Shown: in pieces, positions 22,262 to 36,003 of the stretch
Layout: each line of letters starts with the position of its first letter
How positions within the stretch are numbered: the stretch's first letter is position 1
Assembly (NCBI GenBank): GCA_965178125.1
Contig: OZ237762.1
Span: forward strand, 124,001 to 188,000
Origin: Bilabrum cf. latius
Lineage: Eukaryota
Length of the DNA stretch: 64,000 bases
Direction: 5' to 3'
The notes under the pieces: model-generated
Databases searched by the model: none
The model's input: the letters and a program-made list of their open reading frames with translations, nothing else
Told to the model about the DNA's origin: nothing
Translations under genes and position numbers: made by a program

Positions 22262-23296
22262 TCAAAACCCCCGAAGGGCGAACTATAGTACTAGTTCGTT
22301 TCTTAACGCATCGTGCAATGCTGAGGGGGTGTTCTCATGTGTCGCCAACCCGCACTGCACTAGCGCGCGCACACACTGAACGCGGCCATGCTAGCATGCA
22401 AGCCGCAGCATCGACAATTTACCGGAATCTAGACAGTCTACGTCTGCACCAGCCCCCACCAACGTACGGGCACAGGTTACGTGCCCTTCCCATAGAGCAA
22501 GATCCACGGATGACCATCCATTTGCTGACTTAACGTTTACAGCTGCCCCAAGCCGCAGCAGCAAACGGACGCACTCTATATCACCGCGCTTGCATGCACA
22601 ATGCAGTGGTACTACGCCATTAAATATCGCAGCCTTAGGCTCCAATTCTGCCCCCGCCGCAATCAGCATGCGTGCACACGCGACGCACCCTTTTTGACAA
22701 GCAGCATGAAGCGGCGACCCCCATTGGTGCGTTCTAGAGTCTACGCTTGCTCCAGCCTGCAGCAGGATGCGGGCGCATTCTAGATGGCCGCCATGGCATG
22801 CAGTGCTCAAGGGCCCTGCGCCGGCATTTGACTACGGTTCCGGGTCGGCCCCCGCCCCAACAAGAATGCGCACACACTCCTTGCGTCCGTTTAAACACGC
22901 ATAATACAATGCTGACGATCCATCAGAACTCATGTTGTTCATACGAGCCCCGGCCTGCACCAGCACTTTCACGCAATCGCGGTGGCCTCGCCTACTCGCA
23001 ACATGGATAGGCCCAGCTCCCGAATTATCTGCAGCACATTTGCACCGGCGTTGGCAAGCCCAAGCAAGCTTATTGCGTTTCCAATTTTTGCGCAACAATG
23101 TGCTGGTGTTTCGTGTCGTCTGTTTGTGGGTGACATCGTGGCCACACACGGAGACCATGGATACGTCACCGCGTTTTGCTGCAACAACGAGCGTCGTGCT
23201 TGGAAACAGCCAGTTGAATGGTAAAAATGGCACATCGAACCAAATAGTTGCACGTGCGAGCACTCTCACACGCAATATGAAGCAAGCTATCGCCAC
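22262..23296 (-). CDS. Ankyrin-repeat protein (5' end and introns uncertain)
   Basis: GPIHVASRRGH, SALYYACLNG, SPLHAACQKG, PLHCACKRG, LAC*HG; track ORFs joined in frame by TAG. Confidence 0.8.
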
Positions 23297-23494
23297 CTTG
23301 ATAAACGTGACGTAGCAGGTTCGGTTCCTACTAGTAGTACCGAAGAAGTTCTGAGACCTTGCGTGTATCCCCTCTTCTTACCTACGACTGTGTTGTGGTT
23401 TTGCATTGCGCACTCTGGTACGTACCGGCTGGTGCGCCTCAACCGCGTGGTCGATCGGAGCCATGCTATGGGCGACCAGCTCGACAAGGACGAC

Positions 23495-23630
23495 AAGGCA
23501 GAAGTGGGCCAGCCACACCACGAGGACGAGGACAGCAGAGGAGGAGGACGAGGCAGAGGTGGGCCAGCCACACCACGAGGACGAGGACAGCAGAGGAGGA
23601 GGACGAGGCAGAGGTGGGCCAGCCACGCCA
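23495..23630 (+). repeat. 55-bp tandem repeat, about 2.5 copies
   Basis: GAGGCAGAGGTGGGCCAGCCACACCACGAGGACGAGGACAGCAGAGGAGGAGGAC repeated. Confidence 0.85.
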
Positions 23631-24537
23631 CAATTACGCGGACCGGCGAGTGCCGCCGTTGGCTCCCGTCCGCGGCGGACGCATCGGACGCCATCCGCTG
23701 GGAACAGGCGTCCGCCACGCTCATGGCCGTCTGCCGCGGATTGAAGGACGAGGATCCGGAGCGGGTCGTGAATGCTGTCAATCAACTGCCATCCGAGCCG
23801 GGTGTCCACATGCTGGCGGTTGGTTCCGATGCAACCCCTGCGGATTGTGGTGAACCCCAGAAGTTGACGAGTTCAAATTTAGATTATGTTGATGCACTGG
23901 GCGCCGAGCCGACCAGGTTCCGCTGCTCTGCGATTTTAATACGGAATTAGAAACGTGCTATTAATCCCAGCCGTCGATATTGTCCGTGGAGTAGTTCAAT
24001 TCAGCTGATATCGCTTTCGAGAGGTCTCACCCCAAGCCCCTTGAAACATCCAGCCTCGTACGTGAGATGATTCATCCTTCTAATCTACGCACCGCACGTT
24101 CTGATGCCGCTTGGCAATCGTTTCGTTGATCCATGGATGCCACCTGGCGGACTACAGTGCAGAGCCAGGACACATCTAGCGCGCCTGCCCCACTTCCCGC
24201 AAGATTTGTCGGTATAGTGTCACCAAACGAATACGATCCAGCAATTGTCCCATGGCAGTTGCACGCTGCCAGCTCCAAGCATCGAGTACCGCCAGGCTTG
24301 TCCCTTCACTGCTCCGACTCGATGCTGCTCCATTCACTTGATTCATGCCGTTCGATGGATCGCAGCTGGTAGAACCGCATACCAACAGAAGTGCCTATGA
24401 CTTTTGGCGCAAAGGCATTCCTGTGAGGGTTTTGGTTGGACTGTGAATGTCGGATACTTCCAGATCATTGCCCCTCTCTCTATTTCCAAATCGCGTGCAG
24501 CGGCATACACCATGACAGCATTTCTGGTCATAGCCAT

Positions 24538-27105
24538 ATGTCCACTATATATGCTTATCGCAGCATCCTTGCGGCGGCCATGGCGGCTGCCCCAACTGCA
24601 TTCGCAGCGAGCTGGTACAACGCGCCTCAAGCCCGAAGGCATGAGATCATTCTCGTAACGGCTGTGGCAGCAGAGCGCTCTTTGAGGCGAATGCTGACTA
24701 CGAAAGAAGCTAACTTGACCGTCAAGTCCCACCAGAAGATCTCCGATACGCAAGGCGGCTTCACCGGCGAGCTGGACGATAGGGTCTGGTTCGGATTTTC
24801 CGTGGCATCCCTAGGCGATCTGGACGGAGATGGCACAACCGACCTCGCAGTGGGGGCAATCCGAGATGCTGATGGAGGGACTATGCGCGGGGCTACTTGG
24901 ATCCTCTTCTTGAACACCAACGGCACGGTCAAGTCCCACCAGAAGATCTCCGATACGCAAGGCGGCTTCACCGGCGAGCTGGACGATGTTGACTAGTTCG
25001 GATATTCCGTGGCATCCCTGGGCGATCTGGACGGAGATGGTACAACCGACCTCGCAGTGGGGGCGCCCTTAGATGCTGGTGGAGGGACTATGCGCGGGGC
25101 TACTTGGATCCTCTTCTTGAACACCAACGGCACGGTCAAGTCCCACCAGAAGATCCCCGATACGCAAGGCGGCTTCACCGGCGAGCTGGACAATGGGAAC
25201 TTGTTCGGATCTTCCGTGGCATCCCTGGGCGATCTGGACGGAGATAACACCACCGACCTCGCAGTGGGGGCAATCCGAGATGCTGATGGAGGGACTATGC
25301 GCGGGGCTACTTGGATCCTCTTCTTGAACACCAACGGCACGGTCAAGTCCCACCAGAAGATCTCCGATACGCAAGGCGGCTTCACCGGCGAGCTGGACAA
25401 TGAGGACTAGTTCGGATGGTCCGTGGCATCCCTGGGCGATCTGGACGGAGATGGTACAACCGACCTCGCAGTGGGGGCGCCCTTAGATGCTGATGGAGGG
25501 CCTATGCGCGGGGCTACTTGGATCCTCTTCTTGAACACCAACGGCACCGTCAAGTCCCACCAGAAGATCTCCGATACGCAAGGCGGCTTCACCGGCGAGC
25601 TGGACAATGAGGACTAGTTCGGATGGTCCGTGGCATCCCTGGGCGATCTGGACGGAGATGGTACAACCGACCTCGCAGTGGGGGCAATCCGAGATGGTGA
25701 TGGAGGGCCACAGCGCGGGGCTACTTGGATCCTCTTCTTGAACACCAACGGCACGGTCAAGTCCCACCAGAAGATCTCCGATACGCAAGGCGGCTTCACC
25801 GGCGAGCTGGACGATGTTGACTAGTTCGGATCTTCCGTGGCATCCCTGGGCGATCTGGACGGAGATGGCACCATCGACCTCGCAGTGGGGGCGCCCTTAG
25901 ATGCTGATGGAGGGCCACAGCGCGGGGCTACTTGGATCCTCTTAAATGAAGTGATATTGCCATCGCCATCGCCGTCGACCACCCCGAGCAACAGCCCGAC
26001 CCCGAGTAGCAGTCCAAGCATCTCGCCCACGCCGAGCATCACCAGCAGTCCTAGCATCTCGCCCACGCCGAGCATCACCAGCAGTCCTAGCACCTCGCCC
26101 ACGCCGAGCATCACCAGCAGTCCTAGCACCTCGCCCACGCCGAGCATCACCAGCAGTCCTAGCACCTCGCCCACGCCGAGCATCACCAGCAGTCCTAGCA
26201 CCTCGCCCACGCCGAGCATCACCAGCAGTCCTAGCACCTCGCCCACGCCGAGCACTTCCAGCGCCGATAGTGTCGCGAGATCGACATGCAGTGATGGCGA
26301 GACCAACGGCCAGGAGACCGACATTGACTGCGGGGATGCGTCTGCTGAGGACTGCTAGTTATGCTCCCAGGGCAGAACCTGCATCGTCACAGCCAACTGC
26401 GCAAGTGGGCTCGTGTGCTCGGCCAGCAGCACCACATGCACGGCTCCCGTGAGGCGCAGGGGCAGGCGCATCACAGTGTCCAGAACCAAGGTGTCGAGCG
26501 TGGCCACGCCCGTCTTTCAGTCGAACCTGCTGACTCCCTTCATCACGGCCATCGGGGACGTGGGCAGAAGTGATGATGTGGTCATCGACCGGCTGACCCC
26601 GTCCTCGACCAGCAGGGGCCGCTCCCTTCAGGCCTCGGGCTCCGAGGAAAATGGTGTTCCTGCCACCGAGCTGGACTTCACCGTGACTATTCCGCTGGAG
26701 CGCACCGACGTGGAGAAGACGAGGCAGGACATCCTGGACTTCCTGCGGGGCAACATGACCACATCCGAAGATGAGACGCTGGTGGAGGTGCTCAGGATGG
26801 CCGCGCCCGCCGAAATAGCCCAGCTACTGGTGGTTGACACTAGCAGTATTGCCGCGGAGGTCACTGTACAAGAAGAGGACCTGCAAGTGGAGGAGGCTGT
26901 GGCTCCTTCTACGGACGAGGATGACGACGAGGAAGGGGCCAGCACGGTCATCATCATCGTGGTGGTGGTGGTCGTAGTCATTGCCGTCATGGTGGGAGCA
27001 GCCACTTACTTCTTCAAATGCAGGAACACTAAGGCAGGGACTACCAAGAAGGACGAGAAGGCGGTCGATGCGATGGAAGAGCATCAGGCGGCCGAGGCCG
27101 TGTGA
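24538..27105 (+). CDS. Membrane protein: six FG-GAP (integrin-alpha propeller) repeats, S/P/T stalk, Cys-rich NGxETDxDCG domain, TM helix; ~855 aa; start uncertain
   Basis: 207-bp repeats (FGxSVASLGDLDGDGTTDLAVGA), 36-bp SPTPSITSSPST repeats, TM VIIIVVVVVVVIAVMVG; TAG at 24994, 25408, 25615, 25822 and 26356; TGA stop. Confidence 0.85.
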
Positions 27106-27822
27106 AGGAGTGGATGAATGTGCGCTGGTGCGGAGGCTGTCGCGGAAGAAATTGCAAGATTTGTGCAACGCCTGCGCTAATTGGGGCAGCATACAGCGCA
27201 TTGCACTCCAAGTACGGCCACTGTACTTCCTGGGTCAGGTCGAATGAGGCTGGCAATTCAACGAAACATTCACATCATACTAAGAAAACTGGCGAGCGCT
27301 GCCCCTCAGCGCCCGAATAGCACGCGGCTTGATTGACGCTCGAGTCTAATTGCGACCTCTCAACTTCCACATCCGCATGTGGTCGGGTGATCCGATCCCT
27401 CTGATCCGAGGCACTCGTCACACACATGCCCAAATCCCCCACTTCCCGGCCTGTGCCTCCCCCTTCCAATCCGCCGCATGAACCCGATGACCCCACCAAT
27501 CATCTTCTCCTCCACTACTTCCTCCCCCTTTCCGGTGAACCGTCGTCCCTCTCCCTCCGCTCTGCCCTCCCCAACCCCTTCCATTCGCCCATCCCACCCC
27601 CCCCAACCCCCCCATTCGCCACCCCACCCCACCCCTGCACCTCCCCTCCCCAGCCGCTCTCTCTGTCTCGCTCCTCCGCATTGCTACGTCGCATTGAGCC
27701 TGCTCCTCGAGCGGGTCCTGCGCCCACCGAGCGACCTCAATCGCAGAGACCTTGCTGGCCTCACCAACGATCATAGAGCAGCAACAGTAGGCCTAAAACG
27801 ATTTTTGTAGAGGAAGGTGTCA

Positions 27823-30800
27823 TCAAGCGGGGATTGCCTGCATGCTTGAAGGTGGCGCGATGGAAGGCCCGCTGGACCCACGAGCCGCGCCCGAGCCCCT
27901 CCCCGGGCCAAGACTGCTAGTCGTGCTCCCTGAGCCTGAAGCGGACGAAACAGCCGACGCGCGGGCCCCGGGACCGTGCCGAGCAGCAAACCTCACCGCC
28001 GCGGATTGACCGTTGGCAGCACCCGCCCCGCCCAACCCCACCTCCGCCAGCGGATTCGTCACACGCTCCCCCCGCTCCATCTGCCGCCCCACCCCCAGCA
28101 CCCGCCCACCGCGCCGGCCTCCCTTCATCCCCCCTCGTACGCACCGCAGGATCTCCCCCGCCCCGCCGTTCAGCCACCACAGCGCGCCCCACACGAGCAC
28201 CCAGGCCACAGAGGCGAGCGAGGTCAGCGCCAGCCAACCCCCGCTGGGATGCCCAGCCAGCGCGCTCGCCCGTGCCGCCCCCAGCGACATGCTGACCAGC
28301 CCCAGCACCACCACGGCCCACCCCGTGCATTGGTGCAGCGTCGTCCACACGGGCCTCCAAGGGGCCTCCTTGCCCGGCCGGAGCGCCCCCACCGCACCCT
28401 GCAGCACGCACAGCAGCACCACCACGAGCCCCAGCACACCATGCCCGCCGCTCACATGCGGTCCGCCGCCCCTCGACACCGCAGTTAGCACCAAAATGAA
28501 ACCTAGTACGGACAGAAGCACCGCAGTGCCCTGCAGCCCCTGGTGCGACAGGAACCACGCCGCCGGGGCCTGCTGCTTAGATCTAGACCTAGATCCCATC
28601 TCCACCGGCAGCTTCGAAGACGGTGGCCCTGCCTGCTCCACACCGCCGCTGCTGGCACCACCACCCATACTCGCGCCCTCGGTGCCCTGGCCCAGGGAAC
28701 AGCCCCCTTTGAAGAACCTGGCAATCACAGCCCCCAGAGGGGCCAGCAGCCCCCAGGCAATCCCCATCATCACGCCGTGCGCCACCAGCAGCGGGTCGAG
28801 CCCCACCGCCGTGATGCCGCCAGTGCTCAGGTCCACGCTCACCACGGCCCTACCCTCCAGGCTGTGCGCCCCGCTCGACTCGATGCTGGCTGCTGACCCG
28901 TGCCTGGCCACCAGCATGAACAGCTCCCCTTCAGACCCGCCCGCGGGCAGCACGTGGTCGCCCGAGTCGCCCGTGTCCAGGGCCCGCGTGAACTCCATCA
29001 CCCAGCTGCCGTTCCGCTCGTACAGCCTCGTGTTGGTGAGGCTAACTTCTGCATCCCGAGTGATGCCAGACCCGAAGCCCGACCGCCCACTCAGGTCGTA
29101 CTCGCGCACGGCCTCCGATGGAACCGCCACACCAGGCGCCGCTGCCACGACGTGAGCTCCCGCCATGCGAGGCGCGACAGGGTTGAAGCCCAGGGCGAAC
29201 CACCCGGGGGACGGCGCCGAGGACTCCATGTTCCCTAGGTGCACTGCACGCATGTGCAAGTACTTGGCGGTCCCAGGACGAGGGTCTCCTGCCAGCACCC
29301 GGCCGCCCTCCCCGGGCCCCGCCCCGTCCGTAGACAATGACCAGTGCAGCCGCAGCCCGGGGAGCAGCTCCTGCGCCGAGTCAAACTCGCCGTCCTGCAC
29401 GCGGTCGAACGCGCCCCCATTCGACATAGGGGTCAGCACCCTCACTAGCTCCAGCGAGGCGGGCGCCACGTGCCTACCCAGCGATACGGTGCCGGTGCTG
29501 TTCCTCAGGGTGCTGCCCTCTTCTGCGACCTAGTGGAACAGGAGTTCCGTCGTCTGAGTCAGGTCTTCCACGGTCCCGTTGTTCCCTGCCCTCAGGTGGA
29601 AGGTTACAACCACTCCCGGGGCCCGCGCCTGCGCCGCCTCGACAGCACGCCCGGACACGGACACGGACAGCACACGCACCAGGCCAGCCCGTAGCCCGAG
29701 CACATGCTCCAGCTCGCCCGCGAACAGGTCCTGCAAGGCCCCTGGCCCCCCATCCCGCAGCAGCTGCAGAGGCACAGGGCCCGCCAGCAGCAGGCGCACC
29801 TCTATCCCAGGCACCTCTAGAGGTCCCACGGCCCCGCCTCCCTCACCGCCTTCCGCGCTCAACGAGCAGCGGAGCAGCTGGTCCGCGCCGGCTGCAGGTC
29901 TGCTGCTGTCCGAGAACCCGGTCGCGCATTCGTCACACCTATTCCCCTGGTACCCGATCTGGCAGACGCAGGCCACGGGCCCGCCCGCCCCCTCGGTCGC
30001 GTTGTTCCCTCCCTGCTGCTCCAGGTCGCACCTCCCCCTGCCGCTGCACAACGAGGCGCTGTCGCACTCCACCGGTGGATTCAGCACCAATCTGACGTAT
30101 CCCCGCGCCGAATGCCGCCCCAGCGCCGGCGCGGCTCCGCCTACAGCCTGTGCCGCCCCGAGGGCCCAGATGACCCCCGTCTCCTGCCCTGGCTCGGCCC
30201 CCCAGTCCAGGTCGATCCCTCCTGTGCTCGAGTCCCGGAGCGCCCTCCGTATGGTGAACACCGCGAGGGTGCCATCCTCGTCCGCCTGCGAGCCGTCCAA
30301 GGGTAGACTCACCCCGGATGCAGCGGCCTCGAACAGACTGCCAGCATCCACCCCTGATGCAGCCGCCACCTGCCCCCCGCCCTGCGTCTCTTCCAAGAGG
30401 TCGTAGGCCCCCACGGAGCGGTCCCCTTCCCTGCCGGGCATGAACCCAACCGCGGCCCGCCCCACCCCATCTCCGGTCATGCGCCCCTGATCCGATCTCG
30501 CCAGCCCCACCCAGTCCACGGGCCCATCCCGCTCGTCCAGCAGCCCGACCTGCAGCCTCACATGGGTCGGCGCGGCCCCGCCCTGACCGCCCTCGAGCCT
30601 CCACCGCAGCCTGAGCCTCGGCACGCTCTCTCCGTCGGCTCTTCCCTCCGCCACGTTGGCGACTGGAAAGGCCGGCAGCGAGCTAGGCGCGGGCGTGGAG
30701 GTGGCCGAGGGCGAGGGCGAGGGTGTGGGCGAGCTGGAGGGGGAAGAGCCTGTCGATGGCGAGGACGAGGGGGAGCTGGAGGGGGAGGGGCTGACCGAAG

Positions 30801-32003
30801 GGGAGGGGCTGGGTGACGCGGACACCGAGGGTATGGGGGCGGGGTCTGGGAACTGAACGGACAGGCCCGTGGCGTTGGGCGCAAGGAACCTTCCCCTTGC
30901 ATCAGCGAAGGTTTGCGCCCAGGGAAGGAACAGCGTCAGCGTGTCGGTGCTATTCGGAGCCCTGGACATGTCCACGATGATCCTCCAGGCAGCCGAGCCC
31001 GAGCCGCTGACGGTCCCAGCGCTCCCGCCAGAGCCCCCAGCGGCAGTAGTCCCCACAGGGAACAGCTGCACGCCCATCACATCGATGCGGCCCCCTTCTG
31101 CGGTGCCTTCCACGGGTCCAAACTCCAGCCCCAGTCGATCGCCCGGCGGCACCCCCTCAGGGTCCCATGCCTGGCCCTGGGGCACCGCTGTAGACAGGCT
31201 CAAGGGGGGCAGCCAGCCGGGGCGCGGCCTGCCCACGGGCTCCGAGAAATTGGCGAGGAGGACAGACCTGTACACCGCCCCCGCGGTGCCTGCGGGCGTG
31301 CCGGGGGCGTTTATGTGCCCCGACTCTCTGCCGACCAGGTGCACTACACGCAGGTGCGCCTCGCTGTGCGGTGGGCCCTCCGCCACAACGGGCGAATAGA
31401 GCGAGTAGCTCGAGTACGTCCGGACCACGACCGCGCGGAAGCTGATGTTGCCCTTCCCTGCAGAGGAAGGGGGCTCCCAAGACACTGCCATCCTGGATTT
31501 TCCGTTGTCGCTATTGTGGGAGACGCCGTTACAGGAGCTGATCCGCTGTCTGCAGCAGGCGAGCAGGAGGGCCGAGGCAGCACGTCCAGAAATGCGACCG
31601 ATGCAGCACAAATTCAATAGAAATCAATAATTCATCCTACTCACAAGTCGGATTGGGCTGCGTCCAGTCGGCCACCATCAGAAACTGAAAGCGGCGACGA
31701 GGGATTTTCACCGTGCGCAAACAACATCTGGCCGCGGGCCGTCGTTCCAGACGACACCGGCAACGTGCATATAAATAACGGGTCATTTGCAGAGCCCGGG
31801 GTATATCGCCACGGTTGTGGCGCCGATATGCCGCAGTCCTTATCCACGAAAGCCCCAACTGCGAACGGCTTGTCGCTGCTTTCGCTCCCATGGTTTGGCC
31901 TGGTTTGGCACGTTGAGAGCCCAGTACTGAAGCCATAGCTTGTTGGGAACAATGTCACCGCTAAAAGTAGGTAAATGGCATGCACTCGCGAACCTGGTCG
32001 CAT
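27823..32003 (-). CDS. Reeler-DOMON-EGF-DOMON-cytochrome b561 (FRRS1/SDR2-like) protein; intron ~31550-31644
   Basis: Signal peptide; reeler (VSHN..K..AVSWEPP..GNISFRAVVV); DOMON (GWFALGFNP...M); EGF CSGRGRC; b561 AHGVMMGIAWG, WFLSHQGLQ; TAG at 29530. Confidence 0.8.
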
Positions 32004-32395
32004 GATTCCACGCGAGGCCAAACGCTGGCATGACTCCAGCCGGTCGGCACAACTTGAAGCACCCGCAATCATGCCTGAGCACTTGTCCTTTTCCGTTGCG
32101 AAAAGTAGTTGCACTTTCACCAAATTTTGCGCGGCGCGTCGATGCAAACTCGGAACCAATAATTTTGGCGACCACCAGAGCCGCTGGGCTGCGGGGCCAG
32201 TGGTCGCTCGGACCCAATCCAGCCGTCGTCAACTCCCCTTGCAAGTTGATTTACCGACATCGCCATAATACTTGGCTTGATTTGTCGGGGCTGTTCTGCT
32301 TGGCTCGTTGCAGTTTCTCCACGGCTTTGGAGCGTTTCCGATCCCTGTGATTTGCGCACGCTGCGATCCCGGACTGCGCATACAGGGGGGCTAGC

Positions 32396-35300
32396 ATGTT
32401 TTCCGAAGCCGATCTATTTGCAGAATCGGATTCTGAGGATGAGAGACAGCGGCAGCAAGCGCTTGAAGCGCAGACACTGAGGCGCACGAAGAGCAAAACA
32501 CGTCGCCAGTCCGCCATGTTTGCAGCGAAGTAGGCCAGCGTGAGCCGCAAAATTGGCGGTGCAGCAATTCCTGGAGTAGGATAGGGATCAGGATCATCTG
32601 GAAATACCATCCAGGACCGGGGCTAGTTCTTCTAGATGGGCAAAGTCCTTGCCCTTCAGGTCGCCAAACTGCGGTAGCCTGGGTCTGGTGGGTCCGTCGA
32701 TCATGGAATCCCGGTCCGAGAGGGGCTGATATACATGTTCAAGATTACTCGAGACAAGAGCGTGCAGGAGGCCTTGCTATTCTTCGTGTTTTTGGTGCTG
32801 TTCATGGTGATAGTATTCCTCCTCTATGACGTGCACGAGGCCTTCGCGTCGAATTCCGCCATTGAGGACTTGCTGCTCAAAGAAGAGCTCGCTGGCACGG
32901 TGTACAAGAAAGATTTTAGCGAGATTATGACCCAGACAGAGATGTGGCAGTGGCTGGAGGGGCCGCTCGCCGATGGCCTGTGGCCGGAGGAGTTTTACAA
33001 CGGCGCCCCCATCCCCCCAGACCAGCAGGGGTACGCGCTGGACACCCTCCGTGTGGTGGGGGCGGTGCAGCTGCGGCAATCGAGGGCCTCTTTGGACTCG
33101 TGCGGGTCCTACGGGAGGTCGGACCTGAGCCGCGACTCTGTGACGACGATCCCCTGGGTCGAGGGGGTCAGCACGGGGGTGCTGTGGACGGGCGCCCCCA
33201 GTGCGGGGCTAGGGGTACCGCAGGAGGAGCCCGGGGGAGGAGGGGGCGGTGGGCCCAACGGCACCCAGGTCGCGAGCATGTACAGCGACAGCTTCGGGGC
33301 GGCTGGGCTGGACGTGCCCCTCTCCCTTGCACTGCCTGCCTGCCTGCAGCGGGGAACAGACTCGTACACGGGCCTGCCCGCGTGTGTGAGCGGGTACGAC
33401 ACGATGGACGGCCTGTGCGTGGATGTGTTCAGGGAGGGCGAGACAGAGGAGAGGAGGCCCTTCGTGAGGACGGGGCCGCTGGAGGGAGCGGCGGGAGGGT
33501 CTCCCGGCCTGCAGCTCAGGGACCAGGCCTCTGGGCTGACCCCGCAGCAGGCCGTGGAGCAGCGCGCCACCACCCTCCTGGGGGACGGAGTGTACGAGGT
33601 GGACGATCGAACGAGGGTGTACACGTGGCAGGACGGCCTGTCCAGCCAGGACGGGCTGTTTGGGTATGGGCCCAGCTACGGGACGGGGGGATACACGGCG
33701 CAGCTGCCAGCCAACAACAGAACAGAGGCGCTGAGAAGGCTGGCGATGCTCAAGCAGGACGGGTGGACGGACCGGGCCACGCGCGCGGTGGGCGTCTACG
33801 TGAACCTGTACAACACTGCCACTCGCCGGCTGACGGTGAGCCGCATGCTGTTCGAGCTCTTCCCTTCGGGGCACGTGATCAAGAGCGCGCGGTTCTACAC
33901 AGTGCCCGTGGTGGTCTACGACAGGGGCCTGGATCGGTTCCGCATGGCGCTGGAGCTGGTGTTCGTGCTGTACCTGGTGTACTACTTCGTCAAGCAGGTG
34001 AGGCGCGTGGCCTACGCGCCCTCGGTGCAGTCGTACGTGACCCGATTCGCCAACCTGTTCGAGCTGTCCATCCTGGCTCTGGCCTTCCTCATCCTGGGGT
34101 AGTGGCTGCGGTTTGTGGTCTCCTCCATCCGCGAGTTTGACGTGAACGAGCCAAGGTTTACGGACTATTTCGACGAGGCCGAGATCTTCGTGAACGTGAC
34201 CTCCTGGGCGGGCATCATGGTGCTCATGCTGGTGCTCAAGCTGTTCTAGTTCCTCTCCATCAACAAGAGGTTCGCCCTGCTGTGGCTCACCCTCTACAGG
34301 GCCGCTGTGGACATCGCCGCGTTCGCCGTGACCTTTTTCCTCGTCGCGGGAGGGTTCGCGTTCGCGGGGCACAACCTGTTTGGCCACGTGCTGGTGGACT
34401 TCAAGTCCTTCGGGTTCTCATTTGCAACTCTCCTGCGGTATGCCCTTGGCATGTTTTCCTACGAGGACCTGGCGCAGGCCAGGCCCGCGGTGGCCGGCAT
34501 CTTCTTCACTCTGTACGTGGGCATGGTGACCCTGGTGGTGCTTTCCATGGTGGTGGCGGTCCTTGTCAGGCACTACCACGCCATCATCGAGGAGCAAAGG
34601 TTCTATGACAGGTGGCTCGAATCTGCGCTCACCTTCGAGGCCAGCGTGATGATTCGGATGCGGGTGGGCTTGAAGGAGATGGCCTCGTGGTGCAGGTCCT
34701 CTGTGTGCTTCTCGTGCTGTCCCCGGGATACCACTGTCATTCAGAGCGGGGACAGCGGCAGTGTGGAGAGGCCCGGAGGGAGCAAGGACCTGCCGCCTGC
34801 TAGCAGCAGCAGCGGTGCTAGTGGAGACAGCGGGGGCACGAACGAGGAAAGGGAGCGCCGCACGTGGCAGGCCGAGGCCGCCTTCCTCAAGGTCCTGCAC
34901 AAGTGCATGCAGCAGGCTAAGTGGACCCGCAGCATAGACCTGTTCGAGTATTTCGAAAAGGTGTACCAGGAGAGCGGCAGCAACAACTTTCTGTACGTCG
35001 GGTGGGAGGAGCTGGTGGCGCTCACAACCAAGCCAGGCAGGACGTACGACCCCCCGATGGCCGCTCACCCAAAGCTCTCCGCCACGCAGCTCATCGAGGC
35101 CTACACGGCCTGGAAGGACACCACCGTGGTGGGGGCGGGCACCGAGCACGAGAGGGTGGAGCAGGAGGTGAATCGCCTGGGGCTACGGCCCTACGTGGTC
35201 AACAAGGTCAACAGGGCGGGGCAGGTGCAGCGCAGGCGGCTCTACATTGACCAGGAGAAGGCCTAGGTGCTCAACTTCGCCGGCAGCAAGATGACCAAGA

Positions 35301-35803
35301 GGCTGCCCATCACGCAGCTCGTGCAGCTGGAGCAGACGGACCGGCAGCCCGCGCGCCTGTCCATGGTCTTCACCTCCCAGGGCGTGCCACCCGAGGACGA
35401 GGAGCTCATGGGCGTGGGGGGGCTAGAGACCAAGTTCGTGATCGACTTCCAGTCCCAGTAGCGGGCCATGCAGTTCCTGAAGGAGATCCGGCAGTGCAGG
35501 GCAGAGATGGTCAAGCGCATCGAGCAGCTTCAGAAGGACCTGGGTGAGGCCGGGGCAGCCGCGGCGGCAGCTCGGGCTGGGCCAGACGGGTCGGTCAAGC
35601 CCGGGGGCGGGCCCAAGCCCGCGGTGGGGCCCAAGCGCAAGAGTAAGAAGTCCATCCGAGAGCGGGTAGAGACGGAGAGGAGAGCCACGGTGACACCCGG
35701 GCTCAAGGGAGCGGGCGCGGCGCTGTCTGCCGCCATGGCCTTCAGGCGAGGCACGACCCACGGCACGAGGAGCAAGCAGCCGTTCGCGAGCGAGCAACAG
35801 TAG

Positions 35804-35838
<35 letters not shown>

Positions 35839-35854
35839 GGGAGGGGCGTCGTGA
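32396..35854 (+). CDS. Polycystin-2 (TRPP/PKD2-like) cation channel, ~1152 aa, intronless
   Basis: VVGAVQLRQSR, GWTDRATRAV, LFELFPSG, six TM segments, pore FATLLRYALG; single frame broken only by TAG; TGA at 35852. Confidence 0.85.
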
Positions 35855-36003
35855 GATCGATATTGATAGCATGTAGCTGGTGCGATCCAAGGTGTTTCTG
35901 TGATCATGCGATAGTCAGGTTGGATCTTCGATAACATCAAATGGCCGCAATGAGTCCACTGCGTATCTGCCGTGTTCACAAGATCACGACCCATGGTCCC
36001 TTC

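Noticed and set aside
24994-25824. TAG=Leu or Trp, because TTG and TGG occupy the same FG-GAP position
   Set aside because: That position is a variable loop. Conserved motifs elsewhere (PQSNG, STCQ, QQLNR, ACQHG) point to Gln.
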